A stretch of DNA of 64,000 nucleotides, from NCBI GenBank assembly GCA_965204665.1, contig OZ242002.1, positions 1,285,865 through 1,349,864 of the forward strand, given 5' to 3'. The notes under the pieces were generated by a model. It made no database searches. It was not told the DNA's origin and was given only the letters and a program-made list of their open reading frames with translations. The position numbers and the translations under genes were made by a program. The stretch's first letter is position 1; every line of letters starts with the position of its first letter. Origin of the DNA: Thermodesulfobacteriota bacterium. Lineage in GTDB: Bacteria; Desulfobacterota_D; UBA1144; Nemesobacterales; Nemesobacteraceae. Shown in pieces: positions 1-10,500 of this stretch.

Positions 1-194
1 AGGATTTTCAATGTGAGATGCAAACCGGATGGAGGGTTTTCCGGGTTCCGATTCAGGATTTGTTCGTTTCATTTAAGAACTTGGTCGCACATATTGCGCA
101 GGCGCGCTTTGCCGGGCGATCCGCTGCTGTGTTTTTACGGTCATCGGTTCTTGATCGCGGTCCGTGAGAATCTGAACCTCTGGCGCGGAGAAAT

Positions 195-995
195 TCAACT
201 CCGCAGACCGCCCGCGACCACATGGTTTACGAGATTCCCGATTCCGCCAATCCGTACTTCCACTATGTCCCCGGGCCGCATGGGACTTACTCCGGAAGGA
301 GTCCCGGTCGCTATTACGTCTCCGGGAAGAAGCGTCATTACGCTTGATATGAAGCTTACTAGTTCCGGTACGTTGAATATGAGGTTGTTCGTACTTGAGT
401 TCTGCTTTACCTCACCGTTCAGAATTGTTTTTATTTTCAGATCAGAGGGGTCGGCTTCCGTTTCTATGAAGGGTCCGATCGGAGCAAACGTATCAAAACC
501 TTTTCCTCTTGTGAACTGTATGTCTTTCGCCTGAAGATCTCTTGCCGTTACGTCGTTTACGCAGGTGTACCCGAATATATAATCAAAGGCTTTTTCTTCG
601 GGAACCATATGGGCTTTTTTCCCTATTACGACTCCCAGTTCTCCCTCGTAGTCCACTCTTTGCGACATGTGGCCGGGATAACGTATCTCGTCACCACTGC
701 CTGTGACCGAGGTTGAGGGTTTCAGAAACAGCATGGGATCTTCGGGAGGTGTTTTTTTCATTTCTCTCGCATGGTCCGCGTAGTTGAGACCGACTGCTAT
801 AATTTTCGTCGGGAGGCATGGAGCAAGCGGTCTTATATTTTCAAAATCATATCTTCTTTCAGTTATCGAGTAGTCGCCGAACGCATTGCCTTCTATCTCG
901 AAAACCGAACCTTCGGAATACGTTCCGAATACCTGGCGGTGTTCGGCGTTTTCAAATCTCAGAAATTTCATCGCAGCATCCGTTGTCCGAACCAC
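195..995 (-). CDS. fumarylacetoacetate hydrolase (FAH) family protein, 2-keto-4-pentenoate hydratase-like
   Basis: 266-aa ORF with FAH-fold motifs (VGLNYADHAREM, EGELGVVIGK, TGTPSGV). Confidence 0.8.
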   Translation of the reverse strand: MVRTTDAAMKFLRFENAEHRQVFGTYSEGSVFEIEGNAFGDYSITERRYDFENIRPLAPCLPTKIIAVGLNYADHAREMKKTPPEDPMLFLKPSTSVTGSGDEIRYPGHMSQRVDYEGELGVVIGKKAHMVPEEKAFDYIFGYTCVNDVTARDLQAKDIQFTRGKGFDTFAPIGPFIETEADPSDLKIKTILNGEVKQNSSTNNLIFNVPELVSFISSVMTLLPGDVIATGTPSGVSPMRPGDIVEVRIGGIGNLVNHVVAGGLRS

Positions 996-1021
996 TCTTT
1001 ACGGAACACGGTTCCGCATAT

Positions 1022-1795
1022 TCAGTAGACAACTTTTTTGAGAAAAAGTCCATGAGCCGGAGCGGTCAAAATGTTTTTCGTTCTTCGTCTTCCTTCAAGC
1101 ATTCGGGTTATTTCTTCAGGATCAAGTTTCCCTTTACCTGTTTCAACGAGCGCTCCTGTAATAATTCTAACCATTCTTTTGAGAAATCCGTCGGCTTCTA
1201 TTTCAAAGAGTATTATGCCTTGCCGGGTTTTTCTGACCGCTGCGCGCTTTACTGTACGCACGGAAGTTCTCACTGTTATGTCCGCCGCAGCGAAAATGGA
1301 GAAATCATGCGTTCCTTCAAAACAGCGGGCGCCCTGCTTCATTTTCCCGACATCAAGATTTTCTCTTACATGCCATGCCCTGTTTCTCTCGAGAGCGGGG
1401 GAGTAGGGCATATTGAAAATCCTGTACCGGTATATTTTGCTTCGGGAACTGAACTGCGCATCGAATCCTTCAGCAACTTCTTGCGCGCTGACAATCGATA
1501 TGTCATCCGGCAGAACGCCGTTGAGCGCCTTCTGTAAAGTCCGGGGTTTTATTTTCGTTGCAGTCGTAAAACTTGCCACCTGCCCTATTGCGTGTACTCC
1601 CGAGTCTGTTCTGCCGGAACCCCGGGTCTTCACTTTTTCTCCTGTGATCTTTCCGATAGCGTTTTCTATCGTTTTCTGCACTGTCGCAAGCCCTTCGGTC
1701 TGGCATTGCCAGCCGTGATAGTTGGAACCATCGTACTCGATGACTATTTTCATGACTTTTTTCTTTTCAGACATTTCTTTCGCATTAAACAGCAA
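1022..1795 (-). CDS. truA: tRNA pseudouridine(38-40) synthase TruA
   Basis: IEYDGSNYHGWQ, RTDSGVHA (catalytic Asp) and YRYRI motifs. The true start is probably an internal Met (M8 or M15), which would remove the overlap with the upstream permease gene. Confidence 0.85.
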   Translation of the reverse strand: MLFNAKEMSEKKKVMKIVIEYDGSNYHGWQCQTEGLATVQKTIENAIGKITGEKVKTRGSGRTDSGVHAIGQVASFTTATKIKPRTLQKALNGVLPDDISIVSAQEVAEGFDAQFSSRSKIYRYRIFNMPYSPALERNRAWHVRENLDVGKMKQGARCFEGTHDFSIFAAADITVRTSVRTVKRAAVRKTRQGIILFEIEADGFLKRMVRIITGALVETGKGKLDPEEITRMLEGRRRTKNILTAPAHGLFLKKVVY

Positions 1796-2720
1796 CTTCC
1801 TGCTTTCTGAGTTCTATTCTGGGGTCAAGAACCGCGTAGAGAATATCAACGACAAGATTTGCGATTACCAGTAAAACGGCGTACACGACCGTTATTCCCA
1901 GCACTACCGAGTAATCTCTGTTGGCCACGGCGAACACAAAGAATCTTCCCATTCCCGGTATCGCGAATATGTGTTCAACGACGAACGACCCCGTAATCAG
2001 GTACGCCGTCAGAGGACCCAAAACGGTTACTACGGGTATCATGGCGTTTTTCAGCACATGCTTGACGAATATTCTGGTTTCTCCGAGTCCCTTCGCTCTT
2101 GCGGTTCTCACGAACAACTGCCCGGAAACATCAAGCATATTGGAGCGCACGAGTCTTGATATGTAAGCAAACGGAGCGAGGCTCAGGGTGATAGCGGGCA
2201 GTACGACGTGTCTAGGTTCGCCCCAGAGCGCGGCCGGCAAGACCCCCCATCTTACGGAGAAAAAATATATAAGCGCCGCCCCGACAACGAATCCCGGTAC
2301 CGACACCAGTGAAGTCGAAATCAGTACCGATACCGCATCGTGGAGGCTTCTCGGGAAAAGAGAGGAGATCATTCCGGCTGCGGTGCCTGCGAAAAACGCA
2401 AGAATAAGCGATACCAACCCAAGACCCATTGAGACGGGAAGAGTCTGCTTTATTATTTCAGAGACAGGTCTGTCGTCGTATTTGTATGAAGGTCCGAAAT
2501 CCCCTTGAGCGATATTTCCCATATAGATGAGGTATTGTTGAAGAAGCGGTTTGTCGAGGTGGTACTTTTTTTCTATATTCTGCAGTATTTCGGGAGGAAT
2601 GCTTTTCTCCGCATCGAACGGCCCTCCCGGAAGCACTCTCAGCAGGAAGAACGTTATAGTCGCGACTGCGACGACCACAAGCACTCCGGTCAACATACGG
2701 AAAAAAACAAATTTAACCAT
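1785..2720 (-). CDS. ABC transporter permease, OppB/DppB family
   Basis: 311-aa protein with 6 TM segments and a typical N-terminal OppB permease signature; no other opp genes are adjacent. Confidence 0.8.
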   Translation of the reverse strand: MVKFVFFRMLTGVLVVVAVATITFFLLRVLPGGPFDAEKSIPPEILQNIEKKYHLDKPLLQQYLIYMGNIAQGDFGPSYKYDDRPVSEIIKQTLPVSMGLGLVSLILAFFAGTAAGMISSLFPRSLHDAVSVLISTSLVSVPGFVVGAALIYFFSVRWGVLPAALWGEPRHVVLPAITLSLAPFAYISRLVRSNMLDVSGQLFVRTARAKGLGETRIFVKHVLKNAMIPVVTVLGPLTAYLITGSFVVEHIFAIPGMGRFFVFAVANRDYSVVLGITVVYAVLLVIANLVVDILYAVLDPRIELRKQEVAV

Positions 2721-2754
2721 GATCGGGTTTTCAAAACATGAGCATTGAGAGCTC

Positions 2755-5658
2755 TCAGGAAAGATCTCTTCTTATGGCCAAGTTCTTCCTCGACATCATT
2801 CCGTTTTTGTCCTTGGCCACTATCGTGAAAAGATTCATTTCCTCTTCAAGCGAAAGCGGAAAAGAGATGAAGACGTTGGTTTTTCGGGGAGTAAGAAGTC
2901 TTATCTTATCGTCTTTTCTCCAGACAGAAATACTTTCTATACGGTCCGAGTCCATGACCGACCCTTCTATCACCACCAGGGATTCATTGGTATGTAGAGG
3001 AAATTCAGATAATTGTATGGAGGGCGGGTTTTCAAATGCTTCTGCGAGAGCCGTTATCTGTGTTTCCCGCGTTTCATCAGGAAGTACTCCACGGGTTTCG
3101 ATCTCAGCCGTTTTTTCATCTATCCAGCCCGAGATGCCGTTTTTCCCCTCAACCCGCACCCAGTTTCCTGATTTTCCCAGAACCCTGAGCCTGGAATCTG
3201 CCTGCGCGACGGCTATCGTCCCCGCTTCGACGAAGGCGCCGCCGAAGACGGGAACGGAATCAGGAAGCACAGCGCTTCTTTCCGGATCAAAAGAGACGAA
3301 TTCGATTTTGTCCGTGTACGCGGGCAGAGTTATTCTGTGCGTTCTTATTTCACGCAGGTCCTCGTCCATTACCGAAAACTCAAACTCCGTCTCACCGCCT
3401 TGCCCGTTTTGCCTGAAGCGAAACGGAGCTGCGCGAATTTCTCCGGGACGAAAATTTTCGAACTCAAACCTTCCTTTTTCCAGAAACACATCTTCGCCTG
3501 AGAGATTCTTGAGAGATACGACGGTTTTTCCGGACACTCCTTCGCCTGTGTTTTTTAACTTCAAGTTCAGTACAACGGTTTCCCCTATTTCAGTCCGACC
3601 GTTCGAGTTGCCCTCGCTTCCGAATCTTCCGTCGTCTACCGTTTCATAGTGATGGGAGTATCCGGGGTATTCGGCCGCTGCGGTTGTTATCAGAAGAGTT
3701 TTTTCCGTAAACGATTCCTTTTCCGAACCCGACAGAATGAACTTGAGTTTATCTTCGCGGGTCGTCATCCATGCAGGTACGAATACGCTCACTTTGGAAA
3801 TTGCGCTCTGTCCCGGAAACAGTTTTCCGAAAAGAAACTCCTTATCGGCGTAGATACTGTTTTCGCAGTCCGTGACCGCACTTAACCTGTATATGGAGTT
3901 TTCGCCGATGTTGGTCACCTTCACCTCAAGAACATTCTCTTCTCCTGCCTGCAGTGCCGTCTCGGAAGGAATTAAAGTTATCTCCACTTGAGGGTCTTCC
4001 GTCCTTCCACCGGACCAATCAGTGTCTGTTTTCTGAATCTGTTCTTGTATTTCTTCGAGTTGGGTTTCCGCCATATCCTCCGCCACGCCGCGCATCTGTT
4101 CCCGCGTTTCAGTTAGAAGCAGGTTTTTTGAAAATTTCACATAGAAATCATTCTTGATTTTCTCGAGTTTTTCTTCTTTTGTCAGAGATTGATCTGATAT
4201 GATCTCCTCTTGATCTTCAGTCTGCGGCAGCAGGGATTCATCAATATATTTGATAGTAAAAGCGGGGTCTTCAAGTTCTCCTACAGCCTCTCTTTTCTCA
4301 GGCAAGGGGTTATATACGACCTTTTCTTCAGTTACGATGGACCCCTGCAGAAGTATGTCGGGAGTTACTCCGACATCCTGTATCGAAACATCTCCGGGAA
4401 GATAGTACTTGGCTACCGTAAGTTTCAGCGCTGAACCGTCTTCCATCTCAAAGATCTTTTGAACGGACCCTTTTCCATACGATCTGTTTCCCAAGACCCA
4501 CGCCCTTCCGTTGTTCTTGAGGGCACCTGCGGTTATTTCCGATGCGCTTGCGCTTCCTTGGTCAACCAGCACGACAAGATTGCCGTCGTACAGAGTGTTT
4601 TCCGTCGCTTTATAGGGAATTGAATCTTTTTTAGACCTTGTCGACACTATAATTCCGGAGGAAAGAAAGAAATCAGCTACATCTTTTGCCTGGTTGAGAA
4701 GTCCTCCGGGGTTTCCTCTCAGGTCAAGGATTATCCCTCTGATCTCATAAGGACGTTTTGTTATTTCATTTTTGAAATGGGATGCGGTGTTTTTCTGGAA
4801 GTTCTTTATCTTTAGATAGACGATATTGTTTTCAAGATCGTGGGATTCAACGCTTTCTATCTCTATGATATCTCTTATTATCGAGAATTTCAGGGGTTTA
4901 CTGGCCGTCTTCCTGGAAACCAGTATATTTACTCGGGTTCCTTTTTCTCCTCTGAGTTTTCCGACTGCCTCAAGAAGCGGCATGTTTACGGTGGACTCGT
5001 TTTCTATCTGCACGATTCGGTCTTTTGTTTTCAACCCGGATCTGTAAGCGGGAGTTCCTTCTATCGGGGATATTACAGTCAACTGCCCGTCTCTTATTCC
5101 CACGACTATTCCGAGTCCTCCGAAACTTCCGCGGGTATCTACAAGAAATTCCTTGTATATATCCGGTGGAATTATCGCGGAGTGAGGGTCCAGCACCTTG
5201 AGCATGCTGTCCGACATCAGATACTCTATGTCTTCCTTCGCATCTTCTTCAGCTTGGGTATTGGAAAGAACAAACGACATGACCTGGTCTATCATGCCCG
5301 CGACATCCCTCACGGAAGAAAGCCTCGCCATCTTAAAGATTTCGGTTTCGGAGTTTACTTGAACTGTAAAAGTATCTTCCCGGTTTTCCGGAAATTCCAC
5401 CATCACGTCATCCAGTTTTATTTCCAGGCTCGAGACGGCTGTCTCAAGTATTTTTCGATAATCAATCTTGCTTTCATCAACATAAAAGTTGTTTGCTCGA
5501 TTGAGAATATTTTCGGTTAACCGGGCGCTTCGGCTGTCGTGGCGGCTGTCAAAACTTATCTGGTCCGCTATTAGAAAAAAGGACGGGATGCCGACTATCC
5601 CAATCAAAAAGGGGATTATGTATCCGTTTCTTAGGAAATTTGAAAATTTTCGAGACAA
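2755..5658 (-). CDS. large S41-family C-terminal processing peptidase with a PDZ domain and a ~500-aa C-terminal beta-rich extension
   Basis: PDZ segment (GIVVGIRDGQLTVISPIEGTPAYRSG) and S41 core (LDLRGNPGG ... VVLVDQGSASASEITAGAL ... GKGSVQ). The reading frame starts with TTG at 5658. Confidence 0.8.
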   Translation of the reverse strand: MSRKFSNFLRNGYIIPFLIGIVGIPSFFLIADQISFDSRHDSRSARLTENILNRANNFYVDESKIDYRKILETAVSSLEIKLDDVMVEFPENREDTFTVQVNSETEIFKMARLSSVRDVAGMIDQVMSFVLSNTQAEEDAKEDIEYLMSDSMLKVLDPHSAIIPPDIYKEFLVDTRGSFGGLGIVVGIRDGQLTVISPIEGTPAYRSGLKTKDRIVQIENESTVNMPLLEAVGKLRGEKGTRVNILVSRKTASKPLKFSIIRDIIEIESVESHDLENNIVYLKIKNFQKNTASHFKNEITKRPYEIRGIILDLRGNPGGLLNQAKDVADFFLSSGIIVSTRSKKDSIPYKATENTLYDGNLVVLVDQGSASASEITAGALKNNGRAWVLGNRSYGKGSVQKIFEMEDGSALKLTVAKYYLPGDVSIQDVGVTPDILLQGSIVTEEKVVYNPLPEKREAVGELEDPAFTIKYIDESLLPQTEDQEEIISDQSLTKEEKLEKIKNDFYVKFSKNLLLTETREQMRGVAEDMAETQLEEIQEQIQKTDTDWSGGRTEDPQVEITLIPSETALQAGEENVLEVKVTNIGENSIYRLSAVTDCENSIYADKEFLFGKLFPGQSAISKVSVFVPAWMTTREDKLKFILSGSEKESFTEKTLLITTAAAEYPGYSHHYETVDDGRFGSEGNSNGRTEIGETVVLNLKLKNTGEGVSGKTVVSLKNLSGEDVFLEKGRFEFENFRPGEIRAAPFRFRQNGQGGETEFEFSVMDEDLREIRTHRITLPAYTDKIEFVSFDPERSAVLPDSVPVFGGAFVEAGTIAVAQADSRLRVLGKSGNWVRVEGKNGISGWIDEKTAEIETRGVLPDETRETQITALAEAFENPPSIQLSEFPLHTNESLVVIEGSVMDSDRIESISVWRKDDKIRLLTPRKTNVFISFPLSLEEEMNLFTIVAKDKNGMMSRKNLAIRRDLS

Positions 5659-5768
5659 TCTAACTCACACCCCGGGCACCTTTATTATCAGATATACTGC
5701 GATTATATCAAGCCGGAACTGCCAGAAAATGTAAAGGAACCTCTCTTAAGAAATGAAAAAATGTTGCT

Positions 5769-5778
5769 GGGGGGGGGG
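5769..5778. repeat. G10 homopolymer tract (C10 on the minus strand)
   Basis: Counted directly: ctgg+gggggggg. Lies between the AmiS-like gene terminator and the S41 peptidase promoter. Confidence 0.9.
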
Positions 5779-5785
5779 AGAATAG

Positions 5786-5822
5786 AAAAAAACAACAATG
5801 ACAGGATGAGAAACATCCTGTC
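5786..5822 (-). terminator. rho-independent terminator downstream of the AmiS/UreI-like gene
   Basis: Minus strand has GACAGGATG-ttctc-CATCCTGTC followed by attgttgTTTTTTT. Confidence 0.6.
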
Positions 5823-5851
5823 ATTGTCGCTGAATCTTTTAGACTAACACC

Positions 5852-6385
5852 TCAGCCGGGTACTCCTCCGAGCGGATTCCATTTATCGGTGAGAAGAAGC
5901 ATTCCGGGAAGCAGAAGGGTCAGTACCGACTCTATAATGAACAGATACGCTATCGGCTTGCCGAGGTCCTTGCCCTGGGCAAACGCAAAGAAGCAGAGAA
6001 GCACCAGCAGAGCCCAAGCCCAGCAGAAATAAGCAAATTCCGCAAGCCCGAGACCGTTGAAATGCAACCCGTACCATATGAATACCACAGTCGCGAAAAG
6101 ACAGTACACTCCGAGCCCCTTTGCATCATGACCATGCACAAACACCGCGTACACGAGCAGATATATAAGAGCAAACACACTTACAAGCGCCGTCGCCGCC
6201 GTCAAACCTAGAGTATGCAACTTCCAGGCGGCGATCGCTATCAGCACGCCTACGCCCAGATTGAGCACACCGACTTCCTTTGCGCCGGTTTTCCCCAGAA
6301 GGGTCATCCCATTCGCAAAAAAGACAAAACCAACCAACAACAGTACATAACCTAATAAAGCTTCTACTGGAACCATCGAAACCAT
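5852..6385 (-). CDS. AmiS/UreI-family membrane channel (putative urea or amide transporter)
   Basis: 177 aa with 6 TM; N-terminal pattern LLGYVLLLVGFVFFANG...K..K..GVLNLGVGVLIAI resembles AmiS/UreI. Confidence 0.65.
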   Translation of the reverse strand: MVSMVPVEALLGYVLLLVGFVFFANGMTLLGKTGAKEVGVLNLGVGVLIAIAAWKLHTLGLTAATALVSVFALIYLLVYAVFVHGHDAKGLGVYCLFATVVFIWYGLHFNGLGLAEFAYFCWAWALLVLLCFFAFAQGKDLGKPIAYLFIIESVLTLLLPGMLLLTDKWNPLGGVPG

Positions 6386-7038
6386 ACCTCCTTATGTTTG
6401 ATAAAAGTTCCTGCGCCCCCATGCTCAGGGGTTCTATACACCTTTTATCACAGTTCGGACATAAATGTCAAGCAAAAAATTGCAAATGATTAATTATTGT
6501 AAATATATAACTTACTAAGTTCTGATCTTCTGAAAGTATCAAGTCGGGTTCGATTTTGTCTCTCAAATGACTATTATCGGACACCGAGCAGACTTCTGCT
6601 CAAGTTTGAATTCGTACAGCGACGCATACCGGGCGATGTCATCAGACACCGCTTGCGCACCCGTAACGACAAACTGTTCTCTACGGTTAACGTCAGTAAC
6701 ATCCGACATCCTTTTCGCCTTGCCGCCCTCCGCGCATATTCCGGCAGTTTACTGATAAGGCTTTACAGCATTTGTATTGCTGAATTATTCAGCACAGAAC
6801 ACTCCGCTCCCCCGAAACTCATACGACCCATTTTCAATCTCACATTAAGTTGTCGTAGATTTCCGGTTTTCAGGAAAAATTCGTCCTGCAGTGTCAGAAA
6901 AATCCTGACTTGATACTCGGTATTTCACCGAAATTTTTTGCCGACACGTTTGCTTGCCGGGCCGGCAATTCTTTTACCGCAAGGTTTGAAATTGCGGCGA
7001 ACATAAATACGGAACTTCTTAACTTTCTGTTTCTTCAG

Positions 7039-7047
7039 TGTTATAAT
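7039..7047 (+). promoter_or_regulatory. extended -10 element TGTTATAAT upstream of the 7086 gene
   Basis: Exact match to TGnTATAAT about 38 nt upstream of the ATG. An RBS GGAGGG lies at 7070-7075. Confidence 0.5.
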
Positions 7048-7085
7048 TTCACTTGAGAACCGTATTCCGGAGGGTATGATAAAAA

Positions 7086-7466
7086 ATGGCGAAAAAAAAA
7101 TCAGCCGGCGGGATACCCGCCGATATATGGAGGAAACAACCAGAGAACGGAGCAAGGAGCGCCGGTATAGCGGGCACGGCACTAGGTATTCAGACCGATG
7201 TGCTTCCTAAATACAAAACCTTCGATGTTATCACACTGAGGATAAGCAGGGCGGATTTCGAGTTTCTCCACAATCTCGAGAGAGACATAATGAAAAATCG
7301 TTCCAGCGAGAATAAAAAGGAGAGAATAACCAAGAACACTGTTGTGAGGGCCATGCTTTCCTGCTTTAGAAACATAAAATTCGACAAAGATGAAATTCCT
7401 AATGAAGCTGAACTTAGGGCGAGGATAATGAAAGGTTTGAAGGAGCACCCTTCCTGGTTGTTTTGA
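7086..7466 (+). CDS. hypothetical 126-aa basic protein, possible small DNA-binding or regulatory protein
   Basis: Good promoter and RBS. Lys/Arg-rich. Convergent with the PLD-helicase gene. No recognisable family. Confidence 0.45.
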   Translation: MAKKKSAGGIPADIWRKQPENGARSAGIAGTALGIQTDVLPKYKTFDVITLRISRADFEFLHNLERDIMKNRSSENKKERITKNTVVRAMLSCFRNIKFDKDEIPNEAELRARIMKGLKEHPSWLF

Positions 7467-7555
7467 GGAGTCACTTTATCGTATTTTGCAACAGTCGACT
7501 TGATGTAGGGAGGTCTTAAATCACGGTGCTTGTCAATCAAGCGGGGACAACATCT

Positions 7556-10500
7556 TCAACCCGCGGCTGTCTTTGCGGCCTGATAAAGCCACCCCGGCAT
7601 TGGACGTTTTAGTTCCCACAGTATTTTCATGGGATGTTCAGACTCGTGGCTTCGGTATCGGGCGTGGCCGAGGCAGTGGTATGGAAGGGTCCCGCCTCCG
7701 CTACCCTTTTTGCGTTCACGCACAAACAAGATGACATTCGTATTACCTTGTTCAACGTACCGGAGACCGGTAGGCGTATCAGGTGATGTGGTATTCTGCG
7801 ATTCCCAGTGAAACAGTGTCGGCGATATTGGATAGTCGTTGTAGCGTGTAGAGGGCGAGAAATCTTGGTCAGATTTCTCCAGCGTGATGAACAAGAGATC
7901 TGTTTGCGTTTTCTTATTCCATAGAACACCACCTTGCGGAAGGGCAATCGCGTTGCGTCTGTCGGTGTGTCTGTATGCCGCCATGATCTCACCGAGTGTA
8001 TAAGTTGCATGGCTCGCCAAGGGAATATCACCTTTCGGGTCAATCGGTTCGGGAACTGTGCGGATGCGGTCGGCGAGAATTTCCAGTAGGTCGAGAATCT
8101 CGCGGTGCAACTCTGATGACTCGCAGATTTTTTCTAATGTCTGGTCGGCTTCTTCAATTGATTGCCCACGGCTACCAAGAATGGCAAACAACATGAGTCC
8201 TAGTCGATGTTTGCGGCCCTGCAGTCTCGAAATCCTGTCAGAACGACTCGTTTCCAAGATGTCGCGCCATGCTTCAATTCTCTCGTTGTCGTCTATGTGG
8301 ACCAGTCTACCGAAAGTTTTGAGAACAGGGTTGTCGGTTGACAGACCGGTGTTTAGATCAAAACCCGCTCGCTTGCGGAGTTCAGTAAAACAGTGCCCTG
8401 AACTAGGTCGCGCGTAGATATCTTCTAATGCTGCGTCGGCGTCACGTATGAAAGCACGGAGTCCCGCACTTGGTCCGAGGGCGCGTAAATCGTCGATGAG
8501 ACGCGCACGGGAGTTATGAACGGCTTTTTTAAGATTTCGCAGTACTGTGTTTTTGGAAATGCGGTCCAGTTTGAAAGCGCATCCCGGGGGTAGAAGCGGG
8601 AAGTCGTTTTCTAAGGAGCGCAGTACCTGATGACGGGTGCCTCCCAGTAGAACTCGATAACGTACATCGTAGCGATACTCACGGCGAACTTGATCAACGA
8701 AGTCCAGGACGGTAAGAACCTGCTTTCCTTCTGCCCAGCGAAGTCCTCTTCCCAGTTGCTGGAGAAACACCGTAGCGCTTTCGGTTGGTCGAAGCATCAG
8801 CACGGTGTCGACTTCGGGGATGTCCACTCCCTCGTTGAACAGGTCCACGGTGAAGATGGCGCGGAGTTTGCCCTGTCGCAGGTCCTCAAGCGCATTGCGA
8901 CGGTCATCTTGTGGAGTCTTTGAATCAAGCGCTCGTGCCGGGTAGCCGAAGCGGATGAACTCGCTTGCCATAAAGTGAGCATGGTGGACACCCGCGCAGA
9001 ACCCTAGGGCGCGCATTCGGTGCGGGTCCGTCACCCATTCCTCTATAGCTCGGCAGACCCGCATAGATCGAACATGGTCGCCGGTAAGCAGGTTGTCAAG
9101 TTCGTTTGTTATATATCTCCCGCGCTCAAAACCGACCGTAGAAAGGTCTGTCGCGCTATTCACCCCAAAATAGTGAAACGGACAGAGCAGTCCTTGGTCA
9201 AGTGCGTCCCAAAGCCGAGACTCTGATGCGATGCGGCCGTCGAACCACTCGAGAACCGACTGGCCGTCGGAGCGTTCGGGCGTAGCTGTGAGTCCAAGCA
9301 AAACTTCCGGTTTCAAACGAGACAGCAGTCGTTTGTAACTCTTAGCCGCGGCATGGTGGAATTCGTCCACGATAACCACGGCGAATCCATCCGGGTCAAT
9401 ATCATCAATACATTTGCTGAGGGATTGTATCGAGGCGAAAACATGGCGACCTACTTGTGGATGCTCACCCCCGACCAACAGCTCACCGAATTCCGGTTTT
9501 CCCAGAACCAGTTTAAAAACCCTACGACTCTGACGAAGAATTTCCTCTCTGTGCGCGACAAAGAGCAGAGAATCCAAACCTTGATTGTGCAGTCTCTTGA
9601 AGTCGAATGCCGCAATCCAAGTCTTGCCGGTGCCTGTGGCTGCCACCACGAGATTGCGGCGGTGTCCACGCATCCGTTCCGCTTCAAGTGCTTCAAGTGT
9701 CGTAGATTGATGCGGTTTGGGCGTAACATCCACCAGTAAATGCCGTGTGTTCACCTCATTTGGTGAATCACCTGGTCGCTGTCCTGAGAGTGCCTGATCT
9801 ACTCGGTCAGCATCACGTTCGGGTTCATAATCCTCAAATTCGGGCTCATGCCAATACTGTTCGAAGGTTGTCTTAAATCTTTCGATTACTTCGGGGTTCT
9901 CGACTGCGCTCACGCGCATGTTCCATTCAAGGCCCTCAACCTGTGCTGTACGGGTAAGGTTAGACGAACCGATATAGGCGGTGTGCATTCCACTGCGACG
10001 GTGGAACATCCATGCCTTGGCATGAAGGCGAGTCCGAGCGACTTCGAACGAAATCTTAACTTGCGCGCCGAGATTGATAAGCGCGTCTAGCGCGCGACGC
10101 TCTGTCGACCCTGTATAGACGCTTGTGATCACGCGTATCTGCGTTCCCTCCTGCACACGTTTCTCAAGCTCAGATTGAAATAGACGCAACCCTGAGTAGC
10201 GTACAAACGCGCACAGCAGGTCAATCCGGTCGGCACTTGGTATTTCCCGCTCAATCTCGCTTGCGATCTGAACATCGCGCCGTCCGTTGACGAGAAGCCC
10301 GGTTCGGCGAAGAGGTAGCGCCGGACGAGCGGTAGGCGTGGGATTGTCGTCTGGAGTAAGGCATTTGACAACTTCAGCGATGATGCGGACGGTATCTGTG
10401 ACTTGGTTGTCAGTCGTCACGCCATGTTTGAAAAGCACCTCTACGAGCCGGTTAACAAGGGCGATTTGTTCGGTGGATTGAGTATTTTCATTGCCTGGTA

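Noticed and set aside
13-534. 173-aa plus-strand ORF at the window start
   Set aside because: It overlaps the FAH-family gene on the opposite strand, and has no recognisable family or RBS, so it is treated as spurious.
4840-5520. 226-aa plus-strand ORF inside the S41 peptidase gene
   Set aside because: It is antisense to a confidently identified gene and has Tyr/Phe/Ser-rich low-complexity composition.
6530-6570. GGGTTCGATT, which resembles a tRNA T-loop
   Set aside because: The surrounding sequence is AT-rich with no acceptor stem or anticodon arm, so it is not a tRNA.
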